Below are positions 1 through 9,520 of a stretch of 64,000 nucleotides of DNA, piece by piece. How positions within the stretch are numbered: the stretch's first letter is position 1; each line of letters begins with the position of its first letter. A model generated the notes under the pieces. It worked only from the letters and a program-made list of their open reading frames with translations, was not told the origin of the DNA and did no database searches. Made by a program: the position numbers and the translations under genes. The stretch is from Clostridia bacterium (GTDB lineage Bacteria > Bacillota > Clostridia > Oscillospirales > CAG-272): positions 54 through 64,053 of the forward strand of contig JAFWYJ010000062.1 in assembly GCA_017517745.1 (NCBI GenBank), read 5' to 3'.

Positions 1-41
1 GCGTGACAGGCTAGCGCTCTAACCAACTGAGCTACCGGACC
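1..41 (-). tRNA. tRNA-Asp(GTC), 5' part only (truncated by window edge)
   Basis: Reverse complement reads GGTCCGGTAGCTCAGTTGGTTAGAGCGCTAGCCTGTCACGC: D-arm and anticodon loop CT-GTC-AC. Confidence 0.9.
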
Positions 42-44
42 GTG

Positions 45-120
45 TGGTGGAAACAATAGGGCTCGAACCTATGACCCTCTGCTTGTAAGGCAGATGCTCT
101 CCCAACTGAGCTATGCTTCC
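45..120 (-). tRNA. tRNA-Val(TAC)
   Basis: Reverse complement GGAAGCATAGCTCAGTTGGGAGAGCATCTGCCTTACAAGCAGAGGGTCATAGGTTCGAGCCCTATTGTTTCCACCA; 76 nt cloverleaf with encoded CCA. Confidence 0.96.
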
Positions 121-151
121 GTTTGCCGTGGCGATTGCCGACGACTTGGTT

Positions 152-275
152 ATTATACCACAGTCAAGAAACTTTGTCAAGGGGTTTTGAAAAACTTTTT
201 TCGTTTTTTTCAGTTTTTTATCGTCCCATTTTTCGTTCGCTTAGATATTATATCACAGCATTTCTCTCTTGTCAA
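152..275 (-). promoter_or_regulatory. Two tandem sigma-A promoters for the tRNA cluster
   Basis: TTGACA-17bp-TATAAT at 180..152 and again at 275..247, both with an extended -10 TG. Confidence 0.8.
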
Positions 276-349
276 TACCTTTTTTCGATTTTTTTGGTTT
301 TATTTCAAAAAAATTTCGTCGGATGATAAAGACCACCCGACGGATATTT

Positions 350-1789
350 TTATAACAATTCAATCAACCGTACAATCGTCCGCCAAAAGACCTCAACCGT
401 ACCGAGATCCAACGATTCGTCCGGAGAATGCAGATCGTGCAGCGTTGGTGCGATGGAAATGATATCCATGTCGGGGACGCGCGAATAGATGATTCCGCAC
501 TCCAGCCCCGCGTGGATGACGTTGACGCTCGCCTCTTCTCCCGTGACGTCTCGGTATGCCTTGAGATAAGCCTCGCGCAGATCCGACTTCGGCGCATAGC
601 TCCAGCCGGGGTAACGGTTGTAATGCTTGGTCTCGCCACCGATCGCCGCCGCGACCGCATCCAACTCTCGTGTGGAGGCATCGAGCCGTGATTCGATCGA
701 CGAGCGCGACGCGAAAACGAAGTCGATGGCATCGTCCTCGGTGCGAACCACGCCGAGATTACGCGAATATTCCACCAGCCCCGGAATGCTGCGGTTCATC
801 TCGAACACGCCGTTCGGAATGGCGGCAAGCACCGAGATCGCGCGCACGGTGGATTCCTTGGAAAACACGACCGCCGTCTGCTCCGCATCCTCAACCGTCA
901 AAGAAAAGCCGCGATCCTCCGAAACCAACTCCGAAGCGATCAAAGCCGCCTCCTCGGAAAGAACACTCTCTGCCTCGTCAAAATCCGAAACCGCCAGCAA
1001 AGCCTCACTCTCGCGCGGAATGGCGTTGTCCTTCGAGCCGCCCTCAACCGAGATCAGACGGAAATCGCACGCGGGAAGCAATGCCGCCAGCAGTCTTCCC
1101 ATCAGCTTGTTTGCATTGGCTCTGCCGCAGTCGATATTCTCTCCCGAGTGTCCGCCCATCAATCCGCCGATCGCGACACGCATCGCCGTCCCCTTGAAGG
1201 GTTCGGTTTTCAGCGGAAGGTGCAGATCCGAGCGCACACCGCCCGCGCATCCGCAGGTGATCTTTCCAAGCAGCTCGCTGTCCACGTTGACCATGCGGCG
1301 TGCCCGAAGCAGACCGTAATCAAATCCGTGCGCGCCGTTCAGCCCCACCTCCTCGGCGGTGGTAAACAAACATTCGATGGCGGGGTGCTCGGCGAGTTCC
1401 CCGTTCAGCAGCGTCAACATCAACGCCACCGCAACGCCGTCATCGGCACCAAGCGTGGTACCCTTGGCGCGCAAAAGATCGCCGTCCACCCAAAGGTCCA
1501 GCGGATCCTTGAGAAAATCATGCTCCACGTCGGCGTTCTTTTCGCATACCATGTCACTGTGTCCCTGAAACAGGATCGGCGCGCGATGCTCCTGCCCGCG
1601 GGTTGCGGGCATTTTGATCAATACGTTATTCAACTCATCGCGCCAATACTCCAAGCCGCGCGCCTTGGCAAACGCGGTCAGATAATCGGCGATCCCGCTT
1701 TCGTGATAAGAGGGGCGCGGAATGGCGCTGATCTCCTCAAAAAAGCGAAAAAAGGCTGCGGGTTCGCGCCCGTGAATGATATATTCCAT
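350..1789 (-). CDS. pepD: Aminoacyl-histidine dipeptidase (M20C, PepD)
   Basis: Motifs QGHSDMVCEK, GTTLGADDG, EEVGLNGA, GGHSG, IHAGLECG, LHSPDE; start placed at MEYII. Confidence 0.9.
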   Translation of the reverse strand: MEYIIHGREPAAFFRFFEEISAIPRPSYHESGIADYLTAFAKARGLEYWRDELNNVLIKMPATRGQEHRAPILFQGHSDMVCEKNADVEHDFLKDPLDLWVDGDLLRAKGTTLGADDGVAVALMLTLLNGELAEHPAIECLFTTAEEVGLNGAHGFDYGLLRARRMVNVDSELLGKITCGCAGGVRSDLHLPLKTEPFKGTAMRVAIGGLMGGHSGENIDCGRANANKLMGRLLAALLPACDFRLISVEGGSKDNAIPRESEALLAVSDFDEAESVLSEEAALIASELVSEDRGFSLTVEDAEQTAVVFSKESTVRAISVLAAIPNGVFEMNRSIPGLVEYSRNLGVVRTEDDAIDFVFASRSSIESRLDASTRELDAVAAAIGGETKHYNRYPGWSYAPKSDLREAYLKAYRDVTGEEASVNVIHAGLECGIIYSRVPDMDIISIAPTLHDLHSPDESLDLGTVEVFWRTIVRLIELL

Positions 1790-1806
1790 TTTCAAAAACC
1801 TCACAA

Positions 1807-2946
1807 TTACAATCTGACCTTGCGTTCTCTCGACAAATTGATCGCACCCTCGCGGAGCATATCAAGATTGTCCAGAGATTTTCCCGTGCCGATGGCAACG
1901 CAGGAAACGGCATCGTCCGCCACACGCGTCTTGATGCCCGTCACACGGGTGACCAGCTGATCGAAGCCGTACAACAAGCTTCCTCCGCCTGTCATCACGA
2001 TTCCGTTCCGCAGGATGTCGCCCAAAAGCTCGGGCGGCGTGCGCTCGATGACCGAGCAGATCGTGCTCAGAATCGCCGTGGTCGGCTCGGCAAGCGCCTC
2101 GATCATTTCCTTGGAGCTGATGGTGATGACCTTGGGAAGTCCCTTCATCATGCAGCGTCCCTTGATCTCAACGCTCTTCGGCTCGGCGTGGTCATAGACC
2201 GCTCCGATCCGCTTTTTGAGTGCCTCGGCGGTTCTCTCGCCGATCAGCACCTTGTATTTACGGCGCACGTATTTCATGATCGCCTCATCGAACTTATCTC
2301 CCGCGATCTTGATCGATTCCGAAACCACCACGCCGCCCAGAGAAAGCACGGCGACGTCGGTCGTTCCGCCGCCGATGTCAACCACCATATTGCCGTTCGG
2401 CGCGTAAATGTCCAACCCCGCACCGATTGCGGCGGCGGTCGGCTCCTCGATCAGATAGGTCTTTTGCGCGCCCGCCTCATGCGCGGCATCGATCACGGCG
2501 CGCTCCTCCACCTCGGTGATGCCCGAGGGGATGCAGATCATCACGCGCGGCGGGAAGAACATATTTCCGCAAGCACGCTTGATGAAATATTGGATCATCT
2601 TGAGCGTGACCTCGTATTGGCTGATAACGCCGTCACGCAAAGGGCGCACCGCCGTGATGTTGCCCGGCGTTCTTCCAAGCATCTGTTGCGCCTCGCTTCC
2701 CACCTTCAGGATGCGATCGGTGGTAGTGTCGATCGCGACCACGGACGGCTCCTCGAGAACAATTCCCTTGCCCTGCACGTAAACCAGGACGGTCGCCGTT
2801 CCGAGGTCAATTCCGATGTTGCGGCTGAACTGAAAGCCGCGGAAGCGCGCAAAAATACGTTGCCAAAGATTCTTCTTTTTCGACTTCTTTTTGGGAGTCT
2901 TTTTCTGATTCGCCTGCTGGCGTTTCTTGGCTTGCTTTTCGGGCAT
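1807..2946 (-). CDS. mreB: Rod-shape determining protein, MreB/Mbl family, with N-terminal extension
   Basis: IGIDLGTA, EEPSVVA, VRPLRDGVI, VDIGGGTTDVA, MTGGGSLL; RBS AAGGAGG before the ATG at 2946. Confidence 0.88.
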   Translation of the reverse strand: MPEKQAKKRQQANQKKTPKKKSKKKNLWQRIFARFRGFQFSRNIGIDLGTATVLVYVQGKGIVLEEPSVVAIDTTTDRILKVGSEAQQMLGRTPGNITAVRPLRDGVISQYEVTLKMIQYFIKRACGNMFFPPRVMICIPSGITEVEERAVIDAAHEAGAQKTYLIEEPTAAAIGAGLDIYAPNGNMVVDIGGGTTDVAVLSLGGVVVSESIKIAGDKFDEAIMKYVRRKYKVLIGERTAEALKKRIGAVYDHAEPKSVEIKGRCMMKGLPKVITISSKEMIEALAEPTTAILSTICSVIERTPPELLGDILRNGIVMTGGGSLLYGFDQLVTRVTGIKTRVADDAVSCVAIGTGKSLDNLDMLREGAINLSRERKVRL

Positions 2947-3055
2947 GGCGGCGTCCTCCTTTCCGCAAAGCGTTCTTTCTTCCTTTCATTATACATGATT
3001 CAGATAAAAAAATCAATCTTTTTTGAAAAAAAGTCCCACGCGAGAGCAAAAAACT

Positions 3056-3817
3056 TTATCGCGTGGGTTTTTCTCGGGTTTGATTCGTGTCATTCGATGC
3101 AACCGTCAGACAAAAGACGTTTTCGGCGCCTGCCCGACGCAACAGCTGCACACATGCAGCCGCAGTCGCCCCCGTTGTGACGATGTCATCCACAAAGACG
3201 ACGTTTTTGCCTTTCACGTCGGCATTGGGGGCAAGTCGGTAAAGAGACTTCGCATTGCGCATACGCGCCTTTGTCGAAAGAGCCTTTTGCTCGGGCTTTT
3301 TTCCGAACGTACGCCCGATCAGCTTTTCACACGGAAATCCGCACAGGAGAGAAAGCTCCTTTGCCAACGCTCTTGCCTGATCGGTTCCGTGCTTCAACGT
3401 TGACGACCGTGAGCGAGGCGCCCAAGTCAGCACCACGTCGGTCTTTCCCTCCGTCAAAGCGCGCAAAGAGGGCAAAAGCTCGGATGCCAAAAAGCGCGAC
3501 GTTTGGCGGTCATTGTTCCTTTTGATGTGAAAGATCAGCCGATTCTGCACGTGGCCATGCTTGCCGTGGCGGTAAAATACCAGCTTGCGAAAACCGGCGC
3601 ACTTCGCCCTCTCCATCCGGGCCGTCATGCAGTTGCAAGCGGTCACTCGCGCGGCGCAAATGCCGCAAGTGTCCGCCTTCTCGCTCTCCCATCGCCGCAG
3701 ACAGTCACGGCACAGCGCCTCATGAGAATCAAGACTTTGCCAATCCAAGAGGCTGCCGCACGCCGCACATTTGGGCGGAAAGAGCAGATTTTGAAGGAGT
3801 CTGCCGATCCGTTTCAT
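3056..3817 (-). CDS. ComF family protein (zinc finger + phosphoribosyltransferase)
   Basis: LFPPKCAAC...LCRDC Cys motifs and PRTase loop VFVDDIVTTGAT; ATGA overlap with the recD2 stop. Confidence 0.85.
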   Translation of the reverse strand: MKRIGRLLQNLLFPPKCAACGSLLDWQSLDSHEALCRDCLRRWESEKADTCGICAARVTACNCMTARMERAKCAGFRKLVFYRHGKHGHVQNRLIFHIKRNNDRQTSRFLASELLPSLRALTEGKTDVVLTWAPRSRSSTLKHGTDQARALAKELSLLCGFPCEKLIGRTFGKKPEQKALSTKARMRNAKSLYRLAPNADVKGKNVVFVDDIVTTGATAAACVQLLRRAGAENVFCLTVASNDTNQTREKPTR

Positions 3818-6054
3818 ATCTCTCCGTCTCCCAGCCAATGCAAGAGTCCCGTGTATCGCATGGATTGACGGTTATTTTCCACCATGCTTTGCACGATCTC
3901 CTCGCGCCCGACCAGGATCACCATCACCTGCGCACGTGTGACGGCGGTATAAAACAAGTTGCGCGAGAGCAGCATCGGCGCCGCGCTTCCCATGGGAATG
4001 ATGACGATGGGATATTCGCTTCCCTGACTCTTGTGAACCGTGACGGCATACGCCATCTCCAATTCATCGAGCATCTGAAACGCATACACAACGTGTCGGT
4101 CGTCAAAGTCGATCTCCAGATTTTCCGCGGCACGGTTGATGCGCGTAATGACGCCGATGTCACCGTTAAAAATACCCATGCCCATCGTTCCGTCGGCGCG
4201 CTCCCACGCCATTTCGTAGTTGTTGCGGATCTGCATCACGCGGTCTCCCTCGCGGAAGATCTGATCGCGGTAGTGATGCTCCTGCTTGCCCGGTACGGCG
4301 GGATTCAGCGCCGACTGCAAAAGGACGTTGAGATTTTCGGTCCCCGTCTCGCCCTTCCGCGAAGGGCAGATCACCTGCGTACCGTTGAGAGCAAGCTCGC
4401 CGTAGGTACGCGGCAGGCGCGTTTTATAAAGCTGCGCGACGGTGGCGGCAATCTCGGCGTCACTCGTCCGCGGCAGAAAGAAAAAGTCGTTGTCCTTGAC
4501 GTCCAGACGCGGCATCTCGCCGCGGTTGATGGCGTGCGCGTTTGTGACGATCAGGCTCTTCTGTGCCTGACGGAAAATCTCGGTCAAGCGGACGGTTGCA
4601 AACACGCCGCTGTCCAACAGATCTCGCAAGACGTTGCCCGCTCCCACCGAAGGAAGCTGGTCGGCATCTCCGATGATGATCACGCGCGCACCCGGCTTGA
4701 CCGCGTGCAAAAGCGCACTCATGAGGTTGTTGTCCACCATCGATGCCTCGTCCACAATGATGACGTTCTCGTCCAAAAGGTTCTTTTCATCGCGGTGGAA
4801 GGCGATCGCGCCGCCCTCCTCGCCGCTGTATTCCAACAAACGGTGAATCGTCTTTGCTTCACACGAGGTCGATTCGGAAAGTCTCTTTGCCGCGCGCCCC
4901 GTCGGCGCGCAGAGCGCGGTCTTGAACTCCATGCTGTCAAAAATATGAAGCAGCGCGCGCACGACCGTGGTCTTTCCGGTTCCGGGCCCTCCCGTCAGAA
5001 GCATGACGCCGTTTTCCAGCGCGTCGAAGATCGCCTGACGCTGCTGATTGGCATATTGGATCCCGCTCTCGCGCTCCTCCTTCTGAATGAAAGATCCGAT
5101 GTTTGCAGTCTCCATCGCGGGACAAACCTTGTCCAACAGACGCAGCTTGCGCGCGATATATTTCTCGTGTTCGTAAGCGTTCGCTTCGTACAAATAGGCT
5201 TTCCCGTCAAAATTGACCGCCCGAAGCTCCCTTTCCTGCAAGAGGATCGAAACAGCGTTTTCGATCCGCTCCTCGGACGCTTCCAAAAGCTTTGCCGCTC
5301 CCGCGATCAACTTTTCCCTTGGCAGACAAACGTGTCCGTTCTGCCCCGCGTTTGCTCCCAGCATATACAAAATGCCGCTGCAAAGGCGCTCGTTCGAATC
5401 TCTCTCCAGCCCCAGCTTCAGCGCCATACGGTCGGCACGCTCAAAGCCGATGCCGTCGATGTGCTCGCAAAGCAGATAGGGGTTCTTTTTCACCGTTTCC
5501 ACGGCGTTTCCGCCCCATTTTTTGTAGATCCGTACCGTCATCGCCGCGCCGAAGAACTCGCGGAAAAAGAGCATGGCGGAACGGATGCCCGCCTTATTTT
5601 TGAAATCCTCGGAGATCGCCTGCGCGCGTTTTGGGGTAATGCCGTTGATGGCGCTCAACCAATCGGGATGATTTTCGATGACATCAAAGGTCTCGTCTCC
5701 GAACTCGTCGACGATGCGCTGTGCCGTTTTCGGTCCGATCCCCTTGATGGATCCCGAAGAGAGATAACGCAGGATGGAAGCTCTGTCGGCGGGCAACTGT
5801 TTTTCGCATTGCTCAACCTTGAATTGCCGTCCGTATTTGGGATTGTGCACCCATCTGCCATACACTGTCACGACGTCACCCTCGGCGATATACGGCATAA
5901 TGCCCGTGATGGTGATCAGATCGTCGGTGTCGGTTCCCATGTCGCAGATGGCATAGCCGTTTTCCTCGTTGGCGTAGATCACGTGCTCGATGCTTCCCGC
6001 CATGCGCAAAAGCCCCTGCTCGTCCGCGCCGATTCTGAGCTGCTCGATTTCCAT
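3814..6054 (-). CDS. recD2: ATP-dependent RecD-like DNA helicase (RecD2)
   Basis: HNPKYGRQF, HhH motif IKGIGPKTA, Walker A GGPGTGKTT, APTGRAAKRL, DEASMV, AYAVTVHKSQGSEY, YTAVTRA. Confidence 0.93.
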   Translation of the reverse strand: MEIEQLRIGADEQGLLRMAGSIEHVIYANEENGYAICDMGTDTDDLITITGIMPYIAEGDVVTVYGRWVHNPKYGRQFKVEQCEKQLPADRASILRYLSSGSIKGIGPKTAQRIVDEFGDETFDVIENHPDWLSAINGITPKRAQAISEDFKNKAGIRSAMLFFREFFGAAMTVRIYKKWGGNAVETVKKNPYLLCEHIDGIGFERADRMALKLGLERDSNERLCSGILYMLGANAGQNGHVCLPREKLIAGAAKLLEASEERIENAVSILLQERELRAVNFDGKAYLYEANAYEHEKYIARKLRLLDKVCPAMETANIGSFIQKEERESGIQYANQQRQAIFDALENGVMLLTGGPGTGKTTVVRALLHIFDSMEFKTALCAPTGRAAKRLSESTSCEAKTIHRLLEYSGEEGGAIAFHRDEKNLLDENVIIVDEASMVDNNLMSALLHAVKPGARVIIIGDADQLPSVGAGNVLRDLLDSGVFATVRLTEIFRQAQKSLIVTNAHAINRGEMPRLDVKDNDFFFLPRTSDAEIAATVAQLYKTRLPRTYGELALNGTQVICPSRKGETGTENLNVLLQSALNPAVPGKQEHHYRDQIFREGDRVMQIRNNYEMAWERADGTMGMGIFNGDIGVITRINRAAENLEIDFDDRHVVYAFQMLDELEMAYAVTVHKSQGSEYPIVIIPMGSAAPMLLSRNLFYTAVTRAQVMVILVGREEIVQSMVENNRQSMRYTGLLHWLGDGEI

Positions 6055-6151
6055 GCGCGCTCTCCTTTCCGTTCTTAGTTTTTGTGGGGAACTCTTCAAA
6101 AAAAGTCCCCCACTGTGTCATAACATACAAAGTTTTTCGCTTGCCGCCGCG

Positions 6152-6478
6152 TCAAGGATCGATCAGATAGCACTCCGCGCCATAGCTGTCGATGAGAACG
6201 GCGAATTCTTCGTCCAAGGTGTCGCCAAGCCCCACCGTACCGTCCATCAGGGCGGCAGAAATCAAAACGACCATCCGCCCACGTCCCTTTCCGACGGAGA
6301 GCGTCTGTGCCTCTCGCAACAACAGATCCATCGTTCTCGCATCCTGCTCTTCCATGATCTCGACCGCGACCGCGATCCGATCCGACGGAAACAACAGCTC
6401 CGCGAGCATCTTCACAGCACAGCAAAAGCCGAATACGGCGAGCATCGCAACGCCGATCTCTGTGATCAACCCAAGCAT
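6152..6478 (-). CDS. Small hypothetical protein with N-terminal membrane anchor
   Basis: ORF between metK and recD2, GGAGG RBS before MLGLITEIG, hydrophobic N-terminus. Confidence 0.6.
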   Translation of the reverse strand: MLGLITEIGVAMLAVFGFCCAVKMLAELLFPSDRIAVAVEIMEEQDARTMDLLLREAQTLSVGKGRGRMVVLISAALMDGTVGLGDTLDEEFAVLIDSYGAECYLIDP

Positions 6479-6548
6479 TCCACCGCCTCCCCTCCACTTG
6501 CAGAGTATGCAAGCAGGGCGATTCGGTGACACACCGTTGCCGTATGGA

Positions 6549-7736
6549 TCAGCCCAACAGCTTTTTCAGATCCTCCGCAAGGTCGCACTTCTCCCAAGGA
6601 GCGTTCACATCCTCGCGTCCCATGTGACCGTATGCCGCGACCTGACAGTAGATCGGGCGGCGCAGATCGAATTTTTGAATGATCGCCGCGGGACGAAGGT
6701 CGATCAATCCGAGGATCGCCTCCTCGATCTTTTCCTCGCTGACCTTGGCTGTTCCGAAGGTGTCGATCAGCACCGACACGGGTTTCGCCACGCCGATCGC
6801 ATAAGCGACCTGCACCTCGCACTTGCTTGCCAGCCCCGCCTTGACGATATTTTTCGCCACGTAGCGCGCCGCGTAGCAAGCCGAACGGTCGACCTTGGTC
6901 GGATCCTTGCCCGAGAAGGCACCGCCGCCGTGACGCGCGTAGCCGCCGTAGGTATCAACGATAATCTTTCTTCCCGTCAGTCCGGTATCTCCCGCAGGAC
7001 CGCCGATGACAAAGCGTCCCGTGGGGTTGATGTAGATTTTGGTTTCGGCATCCATCATGTTCGCGGGGACAACCTTCTCGATCACCTCACGAATGATATC
7101 CGCGCGAATCTGCTCGGCGCTCACGTCGGCACTGTGCTGAGAGGAGACGACGATGGCATCCACGCGCACGGGCTTGCCGTCGGCACCGTATTCCACGGTC
7201 ACCTGCGTCTTTCCGTCGGGACGGAGATATGCCAGCGTACCGTTCTTGCGCACCTCGGTCAGTCTCTTTGCCAGCGCGTGAGAGAGCGAGATCGGCAGAG
7301 GCATCAGCTCGGGCGTCTCGTCGCAGGCATAACCAAACATCAGGCCCTGGTCTCCCGCGCCCGTGTCAAGTCCGTCGGTATCGTCACCCGTCTTTGCCTC
7401 CAAAGATTTGTCAACGCCCATCGCAATATCCGGCGATTGCGCGTGAAGCGAGGTCAGAACCGCGCAGGAGTTGCCGTCAAAGCCGTACTCTCCGCGATCG
7501 TAGCCGATCTCACACACCGTCTTGCGCACGATCTCCTGAATATCGAGCGTTGCCTTGGTCGTCACCTCACCCATCACGCACACCATACCGGTGGTGCAGA
7601 AGGTCTCGCACGCCACGCGCGAGGCGGGATCCTGACGCAGCATTTCGTCCAAAATGGCATCCGAGATCTTGTCACAGATCTTGTCGGGATGGCCTTCCGT
7701 CACAGATTCACTCGTGAATAATTTTTTTTCGTTCAT
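6549..7736 (-). CDS. metK: S-adenosylmethionine synthetase
   Basis: [35 protein letters not shown] signature motifs. Confidence 0.97.
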   Translation of the reverse strand: MNEKKLFTSESVTEGHPDKICDKISDAILDEMLRQDPASRVACETFCTTGMVCVMGEVTTKATLDIQEIVRKTVCEIGYDRGEYGFDGNSCAVLTSLHAQSPDIAMGVDKSLEAKTGDDTDGLDTGAGDQGLMFGYACDETPELMPLPISLSHALAKRLTEVRKNGTLAYLRPDGKTQVTVEYGADGKPVRVDAIVVSSQHSADVSAEQIRADIIREVIEKVVPANMMDAETKIYINPTGRFVIGGPAGDTGLTGRKIIVDTYGGYARHGGGAFSGKDPTKVDRSACYAARYVAKNIVKAGLASKCEVQVAYAIGVAKPVSVLIDTFGTAKVSEEKIEEAILGLIDLRPAAIIQKFDLRRPIYCQVAAYGHMGREDVNAPWEKCDLAEDLKKLLG

Positions 7737-7789
7737 TTTCCGTTCTCCTAAAAGGTTTTCAAAAATTCCAAAACATATCTCACGGCAAC

Positions 7790-7813
7790 AAAAAAGCTCC
7801 GCAAAGACGGAGC
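7790..7813 (-). terminator. Intrinsic terminator, expression platform of the SAM riboswitch
   Basis: Minus strand GCTCCG-TCTTTG-CGGAGC followed by a T run, between the aptamer and the metK start. Confidence 0.75.
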
Positions 7814-7820
7814 GGTTGGC

Positions 7821-7903
7821 TCTCATCTAACAGGATTTAGCACCTTACTTCCGCAGGTTGCTGTAACATCATCGTGCCTGTCACTACGTTACTCTTGATA
7901 AGA
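7821..7903 (-). promoter_or_regulatory. SAM-I (S-box) riboswitch, compact variant
   Basis: Minus strand CTTATCAAGAG...ACAGG...GATGA...AGCAACC...GGTGCTAAATCCTG-TTA-GATGAG upstream of metK; promoter TTGCAA-17-TATACT at 7949..7921. Confidence 0.9.
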
Positions 7904-8043
7904 TATATTTTATTGCTTATAGTATATCACAAATTCCGACACATTGCAAGTATTTTTTATTTTTTTGATCCACTTTCTATAAAAATAACAAAAATGAATA
8001 AGATGTATCTCCAAGACGCCGTTTTATTTGTGAAAAACTATGC

Positions 8044-8072
8044 TTGACAGAGATGAAGAAAAGATGTATAAT
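8044..8072 (+). promoter_or_regulatory. Sigma-A promoter of the antiporter gene
   Basis: TTGACA-17bp-TATAAT. Confidence 0.75.
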
Positions 8073-8114
8073 TGTGAAGTGCATTTAATAAATAGAAATA
8101 AGAAGGAAATTACC

Positions 8115-9446
8115 ATGAACGATTTCAACATTCTCTTCACGTTGGCGATCGCGCTGTTTGCGGGTCTCTTTATGTCGCGTATCGTCAAGCCGTTGGGACT
8201 TCCCGCCGTGACGGGCTATCTGCTCGCGGGCATTCTGCTCGGTCCCTACTGTCTCGGCAGACTCGGGGTAACGGGTCTCTTCTTTGATATGAGTCAGGCC
8301 AATCCCGCGATGGCAAGCATGGCAAGCATCGTGCAGGACGCCGCGCTCGGCTTCATCGCCTTTGCCATCGGCACCGAGTTTCGCCTTTCCTCGCTCAAGA
8401 AAACCGGACGTCAAGCAACCGTGGTGGGCATCGTGCAGGCGTTGGTCGCCATGCTTTTGGTGGACGGCGCGCTGATCGGTCTGCATTTTCTCCTCGGTGA
8501 AGATCGTCTGCCTTTGTCTGTTTGCATCACGCTGGGCGCGATCGCAACCGCAACCGCTCCCGCGGCAACTCTGATGGTTATCAAGCAGTACAAAGCAAAG
8601 GGCCCCTTGACCAACATTCTGCTCCCCGTGGTCGCGCTGGACGACGCGGTGGGACTGATCTGCTTCGCCGTTTCGATCGGAATCGCGCAGGCATTGGAGG
8701 GCGGCAGTGTCGGCATCATTTCGGTGCTGATCAACCCGCTTCTTGAGGTCGTGCTTTCACTCGTGCTCGGCACGCTGGTGGGCATCGTCTTCAGCTTTGC
8801 CGAAAACCTGTTCAAATCGAACAGTAAGCGTCTTTGTATCTCGATCACCTTCGTGCTCCTGACCATCGCGCTCTCCAAGCTGACCCACACCTTTGACAAC
8901 GGTGTCAAGATCGCCTTCTCCAATCTGCTCGTCTGCATGATGCTGGGAACGATCTTCTGCAACGTCTGCGACTCGGCAGAGGAATTGATGGAGAGAACCG
9001 ACAAATGGACCATGCCGATCTTCATCCTCTTCTTCGTCATCAGCGGCGCGGAGCTGGAGTTCAGCATTTTCAAGGACGGTATCGTGATTCTCGTGGGCGT
9101 AATGTATATGATCTTCCGCACAATCGGTAAATATTTAGGCGCGCGCTGGAGCGCACAGGCAACCAAATGCGATGCCAACATCGTTCGCTACCTGGGCGTC
9201 ACGCTTCTGCCGCAGGCAGGCGTCTCGATCGGCATGTCGATCACTGCCGCCGCCGTTCTGACGACCGGCGGAACGGTGCGCAACATCGTGCTCTTCGCCG
9301 TCATGATCTACGAGCTGGTCGGCCCGATGCTGACCAAGATCGCCCTGACCAAGGCGGGTGATATTACCCCGAAGCCGACCGAGCCCCATCACCACACCAT
9401 GGCGGAGGTCTTTGCCGACGACCTCGACGACGATCAGACCGAGTAA
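8115..9446 (+). CDS. Cation:proton antiporter (CPA2/Kef-type)
   Basis: About 12 hydrophobic segments; LPAVTGYLLAGILLGP, ATATAPAAT, VALDDA, LLPQAGV motifs. Confidence 0.85.
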   Translation: MNDFNILFTLAIALFAGLFMSRIVKPLGLPAVTGYLLAGILLGPYCLGRLGVTGLFFDMSQANPAMASMASIVQDAALGFIAFAIGTEFRLSSLKKTGRQATVVGIVQALVAMLLVDGALIGLHFLLGEDRLPLSVCITLGAIATATAPAATLMVIKQYKAKGPLTNILLPVVALDDAVGLICFAVSIGIAQALEGGSVGIISVLINPLLEVVLSLVLGTLVGIVFSFAENLFKSNSKRLCISITFVLLTIALSKLTHTFDNGVKIAFSNLLVCMMLGTIFCNVCDSAEELMERTDKWTMPIFILFFVISGAELEFSIFKDGIVILVGVMYMIFRTIGKYLGARWSAQATKCDANIVRYLGVTLLPQAGVSIGMSITAAAVLTTGGTVRNIVLFAVMIYELVGPMLTKIALTKAGDITPKPTEPHHHTMAEVFADDLDDDQTE

Positions 9447-9472
9447 ACCGTTTTTACATAACAAACAAAATC

Positions 9473-9501
9473 GCCCCCAAAAGCCGTTGACTTTTGGGGG
9501 C
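9473..9501. terminator. Probable bidirectional terminator
   Basis: GCCCCCAAAAG-loop-CTTTTGGGGGC between convergent genes. Confidence 0.65.
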
Positions 9502-9520
9502 AATATTTTTTGTTTTTTCT

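Noticed and set aside
3838-7721. Plus-strand ORFs of 746 and 509 aa
   Set aside because: Antisense shadows of recD2 and metK.
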